A stretch of 64,000 nucleotides of DNA from Candidatus Methylomirabilia bacterium (GCA_046758965.1 JBHIBG010000007.1:15072-79071); one strand, 5' to 3'; positions 37,872-47,899 are shown, counted from the first letter of the stretch. Notes: a model not told the origin generated them from the letters alone. Program-made: numbers and translations.

Positions 37872-38498
37872 GTGAACCCCACGCCCGGGCGTGAGCCTGA
37901 CGAGCGGTCTCTCACTGCCCGTCTTCTTCAAACGGTCAGCCAGGTCATCCGGGTGACGGATGGCCTGGCGACCGGCATGGCCTATCTCAGCGGCGCAGTC
38001 TTCCTGCTGATCTCGGCTTACATCACCATCGACGTCGTCGGGCGCAAGTTCTTTGGCATCACCACAGGCGTCTCGGATGAAATCGGGGGCTACGCCCTGG
38101 CCTTCGGCGGCGTGTGGGCGTTGGCATACACCCTCAGAACCGGGGGCCACGTCCGCATCGACGTCCTCCTCCCGTATCTGCCGCGCAGGACGAGATGGGT
38201 GCTCAACTATGCGGCCATGATCGTGATGGGGTTCTTCTCGGCTGTGCTTGCTGCCTACACCTGGCAACTCGCCCTGGACTCCTTCGCCATGAAAGCCAAG
38301 GCGATGAGCTACATCCAGACACCCATCTGGCTGCCCCAGACCTTGGTGGCAGTGGGGCTGAGCGCGTTGACCGTGCAGGCCGCCATCATGCTCGGAGCGG
38401 GACTGGTGGAATCAGTCCTCTTGCGACAGTTAGCTCCCCTGAAAACCCTCCCAGCTCCCGGGACGAGCGAGGAGCCGGAAGCCCCGGAACCTGGTTAG
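37872..38498 (+). CDS. dctQ: TRAP transporter small permease
   Basis: Four TM segments, LAYTLRTGGHVRID, TPIWLPQ. Confidence 0.88.
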   Translation: MNPTPGREPDERSLTARLLQTVSQVIRVTDGLATGMAYLSGAVFLLISAYITIDVVGRKFFGITTGVSDEIGGYALAFGGVWALAYTLRTGGHVRIDVLLPYLPRRTRWVLNYAAMIVMGFFSAVLAAYTWQLALDSFAMKAKAMSYIQTPIWLPQTLVAVGLSALTVQAAIMLGAGLVESVLLRQLAPLKTLPAPGTSEEPEAPEPG

Positions 38499-38570
38499 TG
38501 CCGTTCCAACTTCGAATCGCCTGCCGCCGCTTGCTACCCGGTAACGTGTGAACATCAGGAGCAATTTGCT

Positions 38571-39887
38571 TTGACAGCTCTTCTCGTCGCCTCCGGCTTG
38601 ATGCTGGTCACGTTCATGCTCGGCCTCTACGTGGCCGCCGCCCTTGGCGTGCTGAGCCTGGGGCTCCTCTCGGTCTTCAGTGACGTCTCCATGTGGGGGA
38701 TGTTCGGGCTCATCACCTGGAATACCAACATCAACTTCGTCCTGGTCGCGATCCCGCTGTTCGTCCTGATGGGGGAACTCCTCTTGCGGAGCGGCTTGAC
38801 CGAGCGGCTCTACACGGTCATCTCCCAATGGCTCAACCCGCTGCCGGGGGGGCTGATGCACAGCAACATCGCCGCGTGCGCGATCTTCGCCGCGGTCTCC
38901 GGCTCGAGCATCGCGACCTCAGCGACCATCGGCTCGGTGGCGCTCCCCGCCTTTCGCGAACGCGGCTACGACGAGCGGCTGGTCATGGGCTCCCTGGCTG
39001 CCGGGGGTACCCTGGGGATCCTGATTCCTCCCAGCATCAACATGATCGTCTATGGCGTCCTGGTGGAGGAGTCGGTCGGCAGGCTGTATATCGCCGGGAT
39101 TTTCCCCGGGATCATGCTCACGCTGCTCTTCATGTCCGTCATCTTTCTCGGCACCAAAATCGTGCGAGGCGCTGCGCCTCGCGAAGCTGCAACGCCCTGG
39201 CGGGTCAGGCTCGTCGGGCTGATTGCCCTCGGGCCCACCTTCATCTTGATCTTCCTGGTGCTGGGAACGATCTACCTCGGCGTGGCCACCCCGACCGAGG
39301 CCGCGGCCTTCGGCGTGGTCGGGGCGCTTGTGCTGGCCGCGCTCGCCGGACGTGTCAATTTCAGGATGCTGAGAGACGCCGCCCTGTCGGGTTCCCGGAC
39401 GACGGCCATGATCATGCTCATCCTGACCGCCGCCTTCATCCTCAACTTCACCCTGTCGATTCTGGGCGTCCCTCACGCCCTGTCTCAGGGTGTCGTCGCC
39501 ATGGGGCTGGGCCAGACCGCTACCCTGCTCATCCTGATCGGCTTCTACCTGCTGCTGGGGACATTCATGGATGGCTTCGCCATGATGGTGACCACCATCC
39601 CGGTGATCCTCCCCATCTTAAAAACGCAGAACATCGATCTGGTGTGGTTCGGCATCATCATCGTGATTCTCACAGAGGCGGCTCTGATTTCCCCGCCCGA
39701 GGGACTGAACCTCTACGTCATCCACGGCCTCCGCAAGAAAGGAGCCAGGGAAGAGCTCAACCCGACCATCATGGACGTCTACATCGGGGTCCTCCCCTTC
39801 TTTTTTGCCATGGTCCTGGCTATCGGGATCATCGTGCTCTTCCCGCAAATCGCCCTCTGGCTGCCGTCCACGATGTTCGCCATGTGA
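38571..39887 (+). CDS. dctM: TRAP transporter large permease
   Basis: AIPLFVLMG, FAAVSGSSIAT, GGTLGILIPPS, ATPTEAAA, ISPPEGLNLYV. Confidence 0.92.
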   Translation: MTALLVASGLMLVTFMLGLYVAAALGVLSLGLLSVFSDVSMWGMFGLITWNTNINFVLVAIPLFVLMGELLLRSGLTERLYTVISQWLNPLPGGLMHSNIAACAIFAAVSGSSIATSATIGSVALPAFRERGYDERLVMGSLAAGGTLGILIPPSINMIVYGVLVEESVGRLYIAGIFPGIMLTLLFMSVIFLGTKIVRGAAPREAATPWRVRLVGLIALGPTFILIFLVLGTIYLGVATPTEAAAFGVVGALVLAALAGRVNFRMLRDAALSGSRTTAMIMLILTAAFILNFTLSILGVPHALSQGVVAMGLGQTATLLILIGFYLLLGTFMDGFAMMVTTIPVILPILKTQNIDLVWFGIIIVILTEAALISPPEGLNLYVIHGLRKKGAREELNPTIMDVYIGVLPFFFAMVLAIGIIVLFPQIALWLPSTMFAM

Positions 39888-39930
39888 GTCGGGGGATGAC
39901 AGCGGCCGCCCCTGCGACAGCAGAAAGGCG

Positions 39931-40629
39931 TTACGGGAGGTCGAGAAGGATGAGCTCGGTGGGGGCCGTCGCGGTCAGGGGGAGAGGCGATTCGTCAGCG
40001 ACCCTGGCCTGGTCGCCCGCCGAGAGCGGGATGCGATTCAGGTCAAGGGCGCCGCTGATGGCGAAAAGATAGGCTCGCCGTCCAGGAGCGAGCGGCTGGG
40101 TAACCGCCTGGCCGGGATCCAAGGCGCTGACGAAGATCGTCGCGTGCTGATCGATCCTGAGACAGTCCCGCTCCGCATTGGCTGAGACTACGGGGAAGAG
40201 CCGCCCGCGGCGCTCGGCAGCGGTGAACTTGCGCTGCTCCCACCGCGGGCGGAGCCTCTTCGTGCGCGGGAGGATCCAGATCTGGAGGAGATGCAGGGGG
40301 ACCGTCGTCGATGGGTTACGTTCGGCGTGGACGATCCCCGTCCCCGCTGACATCACCTGCACCTGGCCGGCTCGAAGCAGTCCCCGGTTCCCCTGGTCGT
40401 CCTCGTGCTCCAACTCCCCTTCCAGGACGTAGGTGATGATCTCCATCTCCCGGTGGCCGTGGGGCGGGAAGCCGGTGCCGGGCTGGATCACATCGTCGTT
40501 GAAGACCCTCAGCGTCCCGAAGGCGACGTTGTCGGGGTCCCAGTAGTGATCGAAAGAGAAATGCCAGTAGGTGGAAAGCCAGTCCGTCTGGTGGTGATAC
40601 CGGTCGCCGGATCTGATGACCTGGATCAT
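39931..40629 (-). CDS. Pirin family protein
   Basis: LRVFNDD, GFPPHGHREMEIITYV, MSAGTGIVHAE, LQIWI. Confidence 0.92.
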   Translation of the reverse strand: MIQVIRSGDRYHHQTDWLSTYWHFSFDHYWDPDNVAFGTLRVFNDDVIQPGTGFPPHGHREMEIITYVLEGELEHEDDQGNRGLLRAGQVQVMSAGTGIVHAERNPSTTVPLHLLQIWILPRTKRLRPRWEQRKFTAAERRGRLFPVVSANAERDCLRIDQHATIFVSALDPGQAVTQPLAPGRRAYLFAISGALDLNRIPLSAGDQARVADESPLPLTATAPTELILLDLP

Positions 40630-40655
40630 CTCAAGCTTACCTCACGCGTTCCCGC

Positions 40656-41327
40656 TCACTCCAGGGCCATCCACAGCTCGTCGAAGCTTTTCACGAGGAG
40701 ATCGGGCTTTACCCCCATGGGGTCGAGCGGCGCTCCAGCCCGGTTCAGCCAGCAAACCTTCAAGCCGAAGGTCTTCGCTCCCACCACGTCGAAGCCGTTG
40801 GAGGAGACGAAGAGGATCTGCTGCTTTGGGAGCCTCATCTGTTTCGGCGCAAGCTGATAGACCTTGGGCGATGGCTTGAAGATCTTGACGGCGTCTGCGC
40901 TGATCACCCAGCGGAAGTAGCGGCGGAGTCCGGTGGTCTCCAACCCGACCCGAAGCATCTTGGGGCTGCCGTTGGAGACAACAGCGAGTGCGTACCGCTC
41001 CTGGAGCCGGGGCAGGGCTGAGGCCACCTCGGGGTAGGGGGTTGGGCGAAGCCAGGCCTCCATGAGCTCTCGCCGCTGCTCCGGGCTCACGGCGAGTCCG
41101 AACCGCTGGATCGCAAACTCCAAGGCCTGCTCTGACACCTTCCAGAAGTCCTGGTATTTCCCCATCAGGCTCCTGAGGAAGGTGTACTCCAGCTGCTTGG
41201 CCCGCCACTGCATATTGAACGCGACCGGATCGGGAGCCACTTCCTTGCACGCTTCTGCCACCGCCCCGACGTCAACCACCGTGCCGTACATGTCGAAGGC
41301 AATCCCTTTGATCCGAAGTTTCGCCAT
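40656..41327 (-). CDS. Haloacid dehalogenase, type II
   Basis: FDMYGTVVD, WRAKQLEY, SNGS, KPSP, SSNGFDVVGA. Confidence 0.9.
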   Translation of the reverse strand: MAKLRIKGIAFDMYGTVVDVGAVAEACKEVAPDPVAFNMQWRAKQLEYTFLRSLMGKYQDFWKVSEQALEFAIQRFGLAVSPEQRRELMEAWLRPTPYPEVASALPRLQERYALAVVSNGSPKMLRVGLETTGLRRYFRWVISADAVKIFKPSPKVYQLAPKQMRLPKQQILFVSSNGFDVVGAKTFGLKVCWLNRAGAPLDPMGVKPDLLVKSFDELWMALE

Positions 41328-41358
41328 CAGCCCTTCCTCCTCTCCGATTTGGGTTCTG

Positions 41359-42123
41359 CTAGGCGAACCCTGCGCCCATCCCGCCATCCACCGGGAGAGC
41401 GATCCCGGTCACCCAGCGCGCCTCGTCACTGGCCAGGTACACCGCGGCGTAGGCCACGTCGTCCGGGTCGCCGAGGAACCCGAGCGGGTGGCGCTTCACC
41501 ACCGTGTTGTACTCTCCCGCCCGCTTGAGTGCCGCCAGGTACTCCCGGTTGATCTCGGTCTCCACGAAGGCCGGGCAGATGGCATTGATGCGCACCCCGT
41601 GCCGGGCGTACTCGATCGCCATTCCGCGAGTCAGGATCACCACCCCGCCCTTGGTCGCTCCATACGCCACGAGGTTGGGAGTGCCCTTGAGCCCTGCCAT
41701 TGACGCGATGTTGATGATGTTGCCTTTCGATTTCATCAGCTCGGGAAGGGCATACTTCGAGCAGAGGAAGACGCTCGTGAGGTTCCCCTCGATCATCTTC
41801 TGCCAATCTTCCTCGGCGCACTGCTGCGCCGGGGTGCGGGAGGTAATGACTCCGGCGTTGTTCACGAGCAGATCGAGCTGACCGAAGCGATCCACAGCCT
41901 GCCGGATCAGGCGCTTGATGTCGGCAACCTTGGTCACGTCAGCGGCAACGGCAAGCGCGCCCCCTCCGGCAGCTTCGATCTCCTTGGCAACGGCCTCGAT
42001 CGGCCCCGGGCGGCGGCCGTTCACCACCACGCTGGCGCCTTCCCGTCCGAACATGAGGGCGATGGCGCGGCCGAGCCCGGTACCGCTGCCCGTCACGACG
42101 GCAATCTTGTTTTTCAATCGCAT
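41359..42123 (-). CDS. SDR family oxidoreductase
   Basis: TGSGTGLG, NNAG, YGATK. Confidence 0.92.
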   Translation of the reverse strand: MRLKNKIAVVTGSGTGLGRAIALMFGREGASVVVNGRRPGPIEAVAKEIEAAGGGALAVAADVTKVADIKRLIRQAVDRFGQLDLLVNNAGVITSRTPAQQCAEEDWQKMIEGNLTSVFLCSKYALPELMKSKGNIINIASMAGLKGTPNLVAYGATKGGVVILTRGMAIEYARHGVRINAICPAFVETEINREYLAALKRAGEYNTVVKRHPLGFLGDPDDVAYAAVYLASDEARWVTGIALPVDGGMGAGFA

Positions 42124-42296
42124 GCCGGCTCTCTCATGCTTGCCATCCCTTTCTTCTGCTGTTCGCGCTTTGGCGCGGGTGGTCTCTCCCCCGCGAGTAG
42201 CTCCTGGCAATTATAAGTCAGAACGCACGGAGTGGGATAGGGCTGGCAAGGTTTCGGTCGCACGCGCCCGGCCTCCAGCCGGCCCAAGCCCTATTC

Positions 42297-42325
42297 TTGA
42301 CAGAATGTACCCCATCGCGTAGGAT
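42297..42325 (+). promoter_or_regulatory. Putative sigma70 promoter, probably near-leaderless transcript
   Basis: TTGACA, 17 nt, TAGGAT; ATG 8 nt downstream. Confidence 0.55.
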
Positions 42326-42333
42326 GCGGCCCC

Positions 42334-42510
42334 ATGAAATTCCGCCTGCTCATGCTTCCTACCGTGGGCCAGCCCCACGAACTCACCCAGGGCATGGCGG
42401 GCCAGCGCGACGACCTCTTTATCTGGCTGAACCAGGGCCTCTCGCCTCACGGGCGGGTTCTGGAGAACCTGGAGTTGTTCGCCTCGAAGGTGATCCCCCG
42501 CTTCAAGTAG
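42334..42510 (+). pseudogene. Internally deleted LLM-class oxidoreductase remnant (58 aa)
   Basis: MKFRLLMLPTVG... joined in frame to ...VLENLELFASKVIPRFK*, typical LLM N- and C-termini. Confidence 0.6.
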
Positions 42511-42786
42511 AGGACTCAGGCTGGTCAGGGTCTCCCGGGCCGCCGTGGTCGCACGGAGAAGTTTGCGCTGGCAGCTGATTTCGCCGATGATAGCTGAAGG
42601 GCCTTGGATCGCCCGACTTCCGGAGATCCGAGCCAGTACCGGGTGCGCCGAGAACCGAGCAGCCCTAGGATGGAGAAGATGCTGGCGACCCGTTCTCTCT
42701 CGAAGGCCGGCCTCCCGCTCGTCGCCGAATCGGTCGTCCTGCGGGACGGCTCCGTGGCGCTCCGGCGGCTGGTCGAGCGCTGCTGA

Positions 42787-43377
42787 GTGGAACGGGAACT
42801 TTCCTCACCCCGCGCTGTCCAACTCCGAGCGGGGAACCTTGACGACGTTGAGCTTCTGGACGCTCTGCGGCGGGGAGAGCCGGAGGCCTTCGAGGCGCTC
42901 GTGGTGACCTACCAGCACCGGATCTTCAGCATCGCGCTCCGGATGGTCCGCGATCGGGGAGAGGCTGAGGAGATCGCCCAGGAGGTTTTCCTCCGCGTTC
43001 ACCGCTCGATCCGGGAGTTCCGCGGTGAAGCGAAGATTTCCACCTGGCTGTACGCGATCACCTCCCGTCTCTGCCTGAACCAGCTGAAATCTGCCGGGCG
43101 CCAGCGCCGGGCCGGGGGGGCCGCGCTCGAGCAGATCGCCGACGGCCACCCCGATGCTAGCGCGACCCTGGAGGCGTCCGAGCTGCGGGCGGCGCTCTAT
43201 CGCGCCATCGCGGAACTGGACGATGAGCGGCGGATCGTCGTGGTGCTGCGGGATCTCCAGGGCCTTGCCTACGAGGAGATCGCGGCCGCCCTCGACCTGG
43301 AGCTGGGCACCGTACGCTCTCGCCTTCACCGAGCCCGCATGGAGCTGAAGGAGCGCCTGGAGCGGCACTTTCGATGA
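42787..43377 (+). CDS. ECF RNA polymerase sigma factor
   Basis: AEEIAQEVFL, FRGEAKISTWLY, YEEIAAALDLELGTVRSRLHRAR. Confidence 0.92.
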   Translation: MERELSSPRAVQLRAGNLDDVELLDALRRGEPEAFEALVVTYQHRIFSIALRMVRDRGEAEEIAQEVFLRVHRSIREFRGEAKISTWLYAITSRLCLNQLKSAGRQRRAGGAALEQIADGHPDASATLEASELRAALYRAIAELDDERRIVVVLRDLQGLAYEEIAAALDLELGTVRSRLHRARMELKERLERHFR

Positions 43378-44237
43378 ACTGTTCCGAGGCCCGCGGGCTC
43401 TTCTCTGCCAGGGCGGATGAGCTGCTCACGCCGGAGCAGGACGTTCTCCTGGACCGCCACCTCGAGAGATGCGTGGAGTGCCCGCGGGAGTGGGAGCGCT
43501 TCCGCCAGACCCTGGCCGTGCTCCACTCGCTGGAGGAGGTGCAGGCGCCGGGAGGCTTTTCCCGGCGAGTGATCGAGGCGGCGGTCCAGGGCCCGTGGCA
43601 CCGGCGCCTGTTCCGGCGCATCTTCCTCCCGCTTTACGTCAAGCTCCCCCTCGAGGCCGCCGCGCTGGTCCTCGTCTCGACGCTTGTGATCGTGCTCTTT
43701 CGCCAGACGCCTGAGATCCAGCGCGTCGTCGAGGCGCCTCCAGCTCGGGAGCTGATGGAGCCCGCGCCGCCGGCTCAACCAAAGGCGGCTGAGCTCAAGC
43801 AGCGCCGCGCCTTCGACATCGTCAGAAAGAAGGAGCGGCCAGAGGAGGATGAGGGAGTCGCGCCGGCTGAGGCCGAGTCCAGAGGCGGCCGTTTGGAGAT
43901 CGCCGGCGAGGCTCGCAAGTCCGCTGCGGCTCCTCCCGAGGCTCAGCGAGCGCCCCGGGCTCGGGCCCCGCTGCACGTCGTCGGGCGGCTGCGGGCCAAA
44001 GATTCAGAAGCCGTCGATCGCCAGATCAACACTCTCTTGAAGCGGGTCGGCGGCGTTGTTCGTCGCGATGTCATGGGTGGCGATGTCGAGTCAGGACGGA
44101 CGATCATCGTGGTGGTTCCCCGGGAGGACTACCCCGGGCTTGCGGCTGGACTCAGCCAGATCGGCGACTTCACCGTCGAGAAGGAACCCCGGATTCTCCC
44201 CGACCCGGTCCACGTGACGATTCAGATCGCGGATTGA
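43374..44237 (+). CDS. Anti-sigma factor, zf-HC2 (ZAS) domain with TM segment
   Basis: MNC...HLERCVEC HxxxCxxC; single TM; ATGA-coupled to sigma gene. Confidence 0.85.
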   Translation: MNCSEARGLFSARADELLTPEQDVLLDRHLERCVECPREWERFRQTLAVLHSLEEVQAPGGFSRRVIEAAVQGPWHRRLFRRIFLPLYVKLPLEAAALVLVSTLVIVLFRQTPEIQRVVEAPPARELMEPAPPAQPKAAELKQRRAFDIVRKKERPEEDEGVAPAEAESRGGRLEIAGEARKSAAAPPEAQRAPRARAPLHVVGRLRAKDSEAVDRQINTLLKRVGGVVRRDVMGGDVESGRTIIVVVPREDYPGLAAGLSQIGDFTVEKEPRILPDPVHVTIQIAD

Positions 44238-44321
44238 CCTCCCATCACAGCCCAGGAACTTTCGCTCCTCCGCCCTGTCTAACCAGGCAGACCGAGTCAT
44301 CCCACCAAGGAGGAGCGAACG

Positions 44322-45740
44322 ATGCGTACCGTGTGGGTTTCCCTTGCCCTTATCGTGAGCCTGGCTGCTACGGGCACAGCCTGGGCGCGCCCCGCCTCCG
44401 GGCGCCAGGCGATCACGCAGCAGGATCAGCGCGACGTGGCGGTGACAATCTACAACGGCAACTTCGGCCTCGTGAAAGACATTCGCGAGGTGCGCCTCGC
44501 GGTGGGGAGCGGCCTTGTCCAATTCATGGACGTTGCCGCGCGGATCGATCCCACCACGGTGCACCTGAAGTCCCTGACTGACCCGGCCGGGCTGAAGATC
44601 CTGGAGCAGAACTACGAGTATGATTTGCTCTCCCGCCAGAAGCTCCTGGAGAAGTATCTGGGGCGGACGGTGCGGCTCTACCAGGGGAACGGCTCGTACC
44701 TGGAGGGCACGCTGCTCTCCACCAACGGCCCTATCTACGAGATCAATGGCCAGATCCACATGGGCCACGCCGGGAGAGTGGTGCTTCCCTCGTTGCCGGA
44801 GAACCTGGTGTCCAAACCGACCCTCGTCTGGCTACTCCGGAACCAGAAGGCTGCGCCCCAGCGGATCGAGGCCTCCTACCTGGCCGGCGGGATCACGTGG
44901 AAGGCGGACTACGTGATGGTCCTGAACCCTGCCGATGACCGGGCCGACCTCTCGGGCTGGGTGACGATCGATAACAAGAGCGGCGCCACCTACCGGAAGG
45001 CGACGCTGAAGCTCGTGGCGGGGGACGTCCACCGAGCGCCGGACCGCGTTGCGGTCCGTCGGATGCTGGAGATGGCGGCCAAGGCCAGGGCGAGCGAGCC
45101 GAGCCATGATTTCGCCTCCGAGGGGTTCTTCGAGTACCACCTCTACACCCTCGACGGCCGCACCACGATCAAGGACAACCAGACCAAGCAACTCGCCCTC
45201 ATGGCGGCCAACGGCGTGCCGGTCACCAAGCAGTTCATCTATTACGGGGCGCAGGACTACTACCGGAACCGCTACGGCGTTCCGATCTCCAACCAGAAGG
45301 TAAGCGTCTTTATCGAGATTCCCAACAGCGAGGCCAACGGCCTGGGCATCCCCCTCCCCAAGGGAAAGGTGCGCGTGTACAAGGCCGATCGCTCAGGCAG
45401 CCAGCAGTTCATCGGCGAGGACTGGATCGACCATACGCCTAAGGACGAGCGCGTGAAGATCAAGATGGGGGAAGCCTTCGACGTGGTGGGCGAGCGGACT
45501 CAGAAGGACTGGAGGAAGATCGGGTGGGGCATGTACGAGGTGGAGTGGGAGATCTCACTCCGGAACCATAAGGAGGAGGACGTGACCGTGACCGTCATCG
45601 AGCCGATGCCTGGAGACTGGGAGGTCCTCCGCTCCACCCACCCTCACGAGAAGATCGAGGCGCACACGCTCCGCTTCCGTATTCCCGTCCCGAAGGACGG
45701 GGGCACGAAGCTCACCTACCGGGTGCGTCTCCGGTTCTAG
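44322..45740 (+). CDS. DUF4139 domain-containing secreted protein
   Basis: Signal peptide; VAVTIYNGNFGLVKD, EQNYEYDL, FEYHLYTL, IDHTPKDE. Confidence 0.8.
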   Translation: MRTVWVSLALIVSLAATGTAWARPASGRQAITQQDQRDVAVTIYNGNFGLVKDIREVRLAVGSGLVQFMDVAARIDPTTVHLKSLTDPAGLKILEQNYEYDLLSRQKLLEKYLGRTVRLYQGNGSYLEGTLLSTNGPIYEINGQIHMGHAGRVVLPSLPENLVSKPTLVWLLRNQKAAPQRIEASYLAGGITWKADYVMVLNPADDRADLSGWVTIDNKSGATYRKATLKLVAGDVHRAPDRVAVRRMLEMAAKARASEPSHDFASEGFFEYHLYTLDGRTTIKDNQTKQLALMAANGVPVTKQFIYYGAQDYYRNRYGVPISNQKVSVFIEIPNSEANGLGIPLPKGKVRVYKADRSGSQQFIGEDWIDHTPKDERVKIKMGEAFDVVGERTQKDWRKIGWGMYEVEWEISLRNHKEEDVTVTVIEPMPGDWEVLRSTHPHEKIEAHTLRFRIPVPKDGGTKLTYRVRLRF

Positions 45741-45756
45741 CCATCGACTGCTCCTC

Positions 45757-45805
45757 CCCCTCACCGATATCCTCTCCTCCATTGGGGGAGAGGGGAAGGT
45801 GAGAG
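45757..45805. repeat. REP-like palindrome / bidirectional terminator between convergent genes
   Basis: CTCACC...CCTCTCCTCC-ATT-GGGGGAGAGG...GGTGAG nested inverted repeat. Confidence 0.5.
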
Positions 45806-45880
45806 TGATAGGTGGCCTCGAGTGGGGGAGGGGCGAGTGAGGCGGACCGCGGTCGATCCCCCACCTTCTTGTGAGCCGGG

Positions 45881-47080
45881 TCAGGCGACAACGCGCTTGT
45901 CTCGCAGCGCCTTGATCTCCTGAGGCGCCAGGTTCAGACCCCGGAGCACGTCGTCGGTGTGCTCGCCCGGGTAGGGGGCGGCCCGACGGACCGAGCCGGG
46001 CGTCTCCGAGAGTTTGATGGCGATGCCGAACTGCTTCACCTTCCCGACCTCGGGGTGCTCGGTTTCCACCACCATCTGGCGGTGCTGGACCTGCGGATCC
46101 TCGACGACCTCCTCGACGTCGTACACCTTCCCTACGCAGACGTCGTGCTTCGCCAGGAACTCGTACCACTCCTCGCGGGTCCTGGTCCGGATAATCGCCT
46201 GGATCTCCTCGCGCGCCCGCACCTCCTCGGCGTTGGCGGCGCGGACGAACTGGTCGGCTTTCCGGGCGTACTTGGCGAGGTCGGGACGGTTGATCACCCT
46301 GCAGAAATTCTCCCAGAGCCACGGCTCGGTGCAGCCGATAGTGAGCAGCTTTCCATCGCGAGTCTCGTAGACGGCGTAGTAGGGGTAGGAGCCGCCGAGA
46401 AAGCCCCCGCCGCGCCGCGGGGCGAGGCCGTCGCTGAAGAACGCGCGAAGGTTCGGGGTCGCGGCGAGGAGGGAGAGGGTCGTGTCCAGGTAGGCGATGT
46501 CCACGTGCTGTCCCTTGCCGGTGCGCTCGCGAGCGTAGAGCGCCAGGACGATGCCCAAGGCGCCGTGGAGGCTCGCCCCGCCGTAGTCAGCGACGATGTT
46601 GAGGGGGATCGCGGGCTTCCGGTCGGGCTCGCCGATCAGGCCGAGGACGCCGGCCAGCGAGAGGTAGTTGATGTCGTGGGCCGGATAGCTCTTGTAGGGG
46701 CCGTCCTGGCCGAATCCGGAGAGCGAACAGTAGATGATCCGCGGGTTCGTCTTCCGGATCGTCTCGTAGCCGCCGCCGAGGCGGTTCATCACCCCGGGGC
46801 GGAACCCCTCGACGATCACGTCCGCCGCGGCGGCAAGGGTGTGGAAGATGTCCTGGCCTTCGGGGGCCTTGAGGTTTAGGGCGATCGAGCGCTTGTTCCG
46901 GTTGACAAAGGCGTGGGCGGCGCGACGTTTCTCGTCCTGAGGCTCCGGCTCCCGGTCAGAGGGCGGGGTCTCGATCTTCAGGACCTCTGCCCCCATGTCG
47001 GCCAACATCATGGTGCAAAACTCGCCCGGCGCTACACGCGCCAGCTCCAGGATCTTGATGCCGGCTAAGACTCCCGCCAT
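45881..47080 (-). CDS. CaiB/BaiF CoA-transferase (AMACR-like type)
   Basis: LADMGAEVLKIE, NRNKRS, EGFRPG, GFGQDGPY, HDINY, VADYGG. Confidence 0.9.
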   Translation of the reverse strand: MAGVLAGIKILELARVAPGEFCTMMLADMGAEVLKIETPPSDREPEPQDEKRRAAHAFVNRNKRSIALNLKAPEGQDIFHTLAAAADVIVEGFRPGVMNRLGGGYETIRKTNPRIIYCSLSGFGQDGPYKSYPAHDINYLSLAGVLGLIGEPDRKPAIPLNIVADYGGASLHGALGIVLALYARERTGKGQHVDIAYLDTTLSLLAATPNLRAFFSDGLAPRRGGGFLGGSYPYYAVYETRDGKLLTIGCTEPWLWENFCRVINRPDLAKYARKADQFVRAANAEEVRAREEIQAIIRTRTREEWYEFLAKHDVCVGKVYDVEEVVEDPQVQHRQMVVETEHPEVGKVKQFGIAIKLSETPGSVRRAAPYPGEHTDDVLRGLNLAPQEIKALRDKRVVA

Positions 47081-47134
47081 GAGAGACTCCTTCGGGTTGA
47101 GGGTTCGCTGGCCCGTTGAACTGACGCTCCGTCC

Positions 47135-47899
47135 TCATCTGTAGCAGTCGGGGGGCTGCCTCACGGACGGCCAGAAGGCCGGGTCGTGGCCGGGGAAGAT
47201 CTGGCCCTTCACGAGGCGCGCGAGCGTCTTGAGCCGCTTGATCGAGTGGAGGGCCTGGGTCGGGTTCCAGACCACGCCCGGGACGCGCTCCAGGTCGATA
47301 TGCTCCTGCCAGTAGCAGCAGTCCCCTGCCAGGATAATCGGGCCGGACTCGGGGAGCTCCACCAGGAGCGACTGGTGCCCCGGCGTGTGACCGTCGCTCC
47401 GGAGCACCGTCACCCCGGGAACCAGCTCCAGGTCACCTTCGATGAGCCTCCAGTGGTAGCCAGGGAGGTCGAAGTTTTTCCGGTAGTACATGGAGGCGAA
47501 AAATGCGGCCGGGTGGTGGGCGTACGCGTACTCGTCCTGCTGCACGATCAGCTGAGAGCGGGGAAAGAGCGCGGCGCCCCCGGCGTGGTCGAAGTGCAGA
47601 TGCGAGATCACCACCAGATCCACCGAGTCGGGATTGAGCCCGACGGACTCCAGGCGCCTGACGAGGAGATCAGCGTCGGTGAAGCGGGCCAGGGGATCGT
47701 CGCGGAGAAGGCCGGGCACCGCACGAGGGGCGAAGCCTGTGTCGAAGAGAATGGTGGCATCCGAAGTCCTGGCCAGGTAGCAGGCCACAGGGATCTGCAC
47801 GCGCTCGCCTGAGCGCTCCCCGTAAAAGAGGCCGCTCCGCTCGAAGCCGATAAACCCGTTCTGGAGCGCGTAGAGGCCCTTGACCGGCACGAGGCGCAT
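47135..47899 (-). CDS. N-acyl homoserine lactonase family (metallo-beta-lactamase fold)
   Basis: SHLHFDHAGG, GHTPGHQS, AGD, PGHD. Confidence 0.88.
   Translation of the reverse strand: MRLVPVKGLYALQNGFIGFERSGLFYGERSGERVQIPVACYLARTSDATILFDTGFAPRAVPGLLRDDPLARFTDADLLVRRLESVGLNPDSVDLVVISHLHFDHAGGAALFPRSQLIVQQDEYAYAHHPAAFFASMYYRKNFDLPGYHWRLIEGDLELVPGVTVLRSDGHTPGHQSLLVELPESGPIILAGDCCYWQEHIDLERVPGVVWNPTQALHSIKRLKTLARLVKGQIFPGHDPAFWPSVRQPPDCYR

Noticed and set aside
42604..42786. Short ORF upstream of the ECF sigma gene
   Set aside because: No recognisable family; cannot be told apart from a chance ORF.
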